From: a virus
Lineage: Duplodnaviria; Caudoviricetes
IMG/VR virus record: IMGVR_UViG_3300035187_003564
Location: 1 to 33,495 of that record
Length of the DNA stretch: 33,495 bases
Strand: one strand, 5' to 3'
The notes under the pieces were generated by a model. It worked only from the letters and a program-made list of their open reading frames with translations, made no database searches and was not told the origin of the DNA. The position numbers were made by a program, and so were the translations under genes. Shown in pieces: positions 32,916 to 33,495 of this stretch; positions within the stretch are counted from its first letter, which is position 1; every line of letters starts with the position of its first letter.

Positions 32916-33495
32916 TTGAATTAAAGCGCCTGGACCGTGAGGGTCGGGCGGTGGAAAAGGTGCCAGGTGTGCGGATTACGCCCAACGGGCTGGTGTTTGA
33001 AAAGGCGTTGAACATTGAGCAGTGGAAGGAGGTGGGCCGCTGGCTGCAGAGCTGTCGCCGGGCGCAGACTTGGCTGGACGCGGACTGGCTAAACTACGGC
33101 AAGAAGTCTTACGAGGCAGAGGATCTGCAGGAGGCCTTGGATCAGCTGGAGTTTAACTTTGGCCCAAAGACAGAGGCGTTGGTTGCGTTGGGAACCGTGC
33201 CGATTGAGAAGCGGCGGCCTGAACTGACGGCGGCGCACTACCTGGAGCTGCAGAAGCTTAAAACAGCGAAAGATCAGGACAAGTGGGCCAAGCTGGCGGT
33301 GGCGGAAAAACTAACTCCTAACGATCTAAAGCGATCCATTGCTTCTGGTGAGGTGGTGCGCGGCTCGGACGAAAGATCCAGCGGAATCTGGACGCTGCAA
33401 GCCTGGGTGACGGAGTTTGAAATCTGGAAACGGGATCTGCCGGAAGGATGGCAGCATGACGCAAGCTGGCACCGGATGGTCCGGGACTGGATCAA
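32906..33495 (+). CDS. LmbU-like DNA-binding protein (continues across the circular junction to 183; about 210 aa)
   Basis: AAGGAG SD; GLVF...EQWKEVGRWL...WLDADWLNYG...RRPELTAAHY...QDKWAKLA pattern of the LmbU family. Confidence 0.65.
   Translation, partial: MQIIELKRLDREGRAVEKVPGVRITPNGLVFEKALNIEQWKEVGRWLQSCRRAQTWLDADWLNYGKKSYEAEDLQEALDQLEFNFGPKTEALVALGTVPIEKRRPELTAAHYLELQKLKTAKDQDKWAKLAVAEKLTPNDLKRSIASGEVVRGSDERSSGIWTLQAWVTEFEIWKRDLPEGWQHDASWHRMVRDWI
33356..33495. repeat. Terminal direct repeat, right copy
   Basis: Matches 1-140 with two mismatches. Confidence 0.95.

Overview
This window appears to be a complete, circularly assembled temperate tailed phage genome of about 33,355 bp. Positions 1-140 recur at 33356-33495 and one gene runs across the junction. 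Gene order: primase/helicase replication module; a symmetric repeat array (putative origin); lambda-type terminase and portal; protease/scaffold and major capsid protein; a large glycosylation cassette inserted among the structural genes; a short non-contractile tail; fibres; lysis genes (holin, overlapping spanins, M15 endolysin); accessory genes; a lysogeny region with a tyrosine integrase and a tRNA-like attP; and small early genes. The spanins and endolysin imply a diderm host. A PVC-type host is only a guess. The most notable features are: (1) all ten exact TTGACA hexamers I found on the + strand lie 13-22 nt upstream of an in-frame late-gene start codon, six at exactly 14 nt, which does not fit a normal sigma70 -35 element and suggests an unusual leaderless late promoter; (2) five glycosyltransferase domains, an NDP-sugar epimerase and RmlC sit beside the capsid gene and a Ser/Thr-rich virion protein, suggesting virion glycosylation; (3) the lysis/lysogeny switch appears to be two divergent paralogous ribbon-helix-helix proteins with twin operators; (4) the ACCATG array has near-exact dyad symmetry. 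All calls were made by eye, without database searches.
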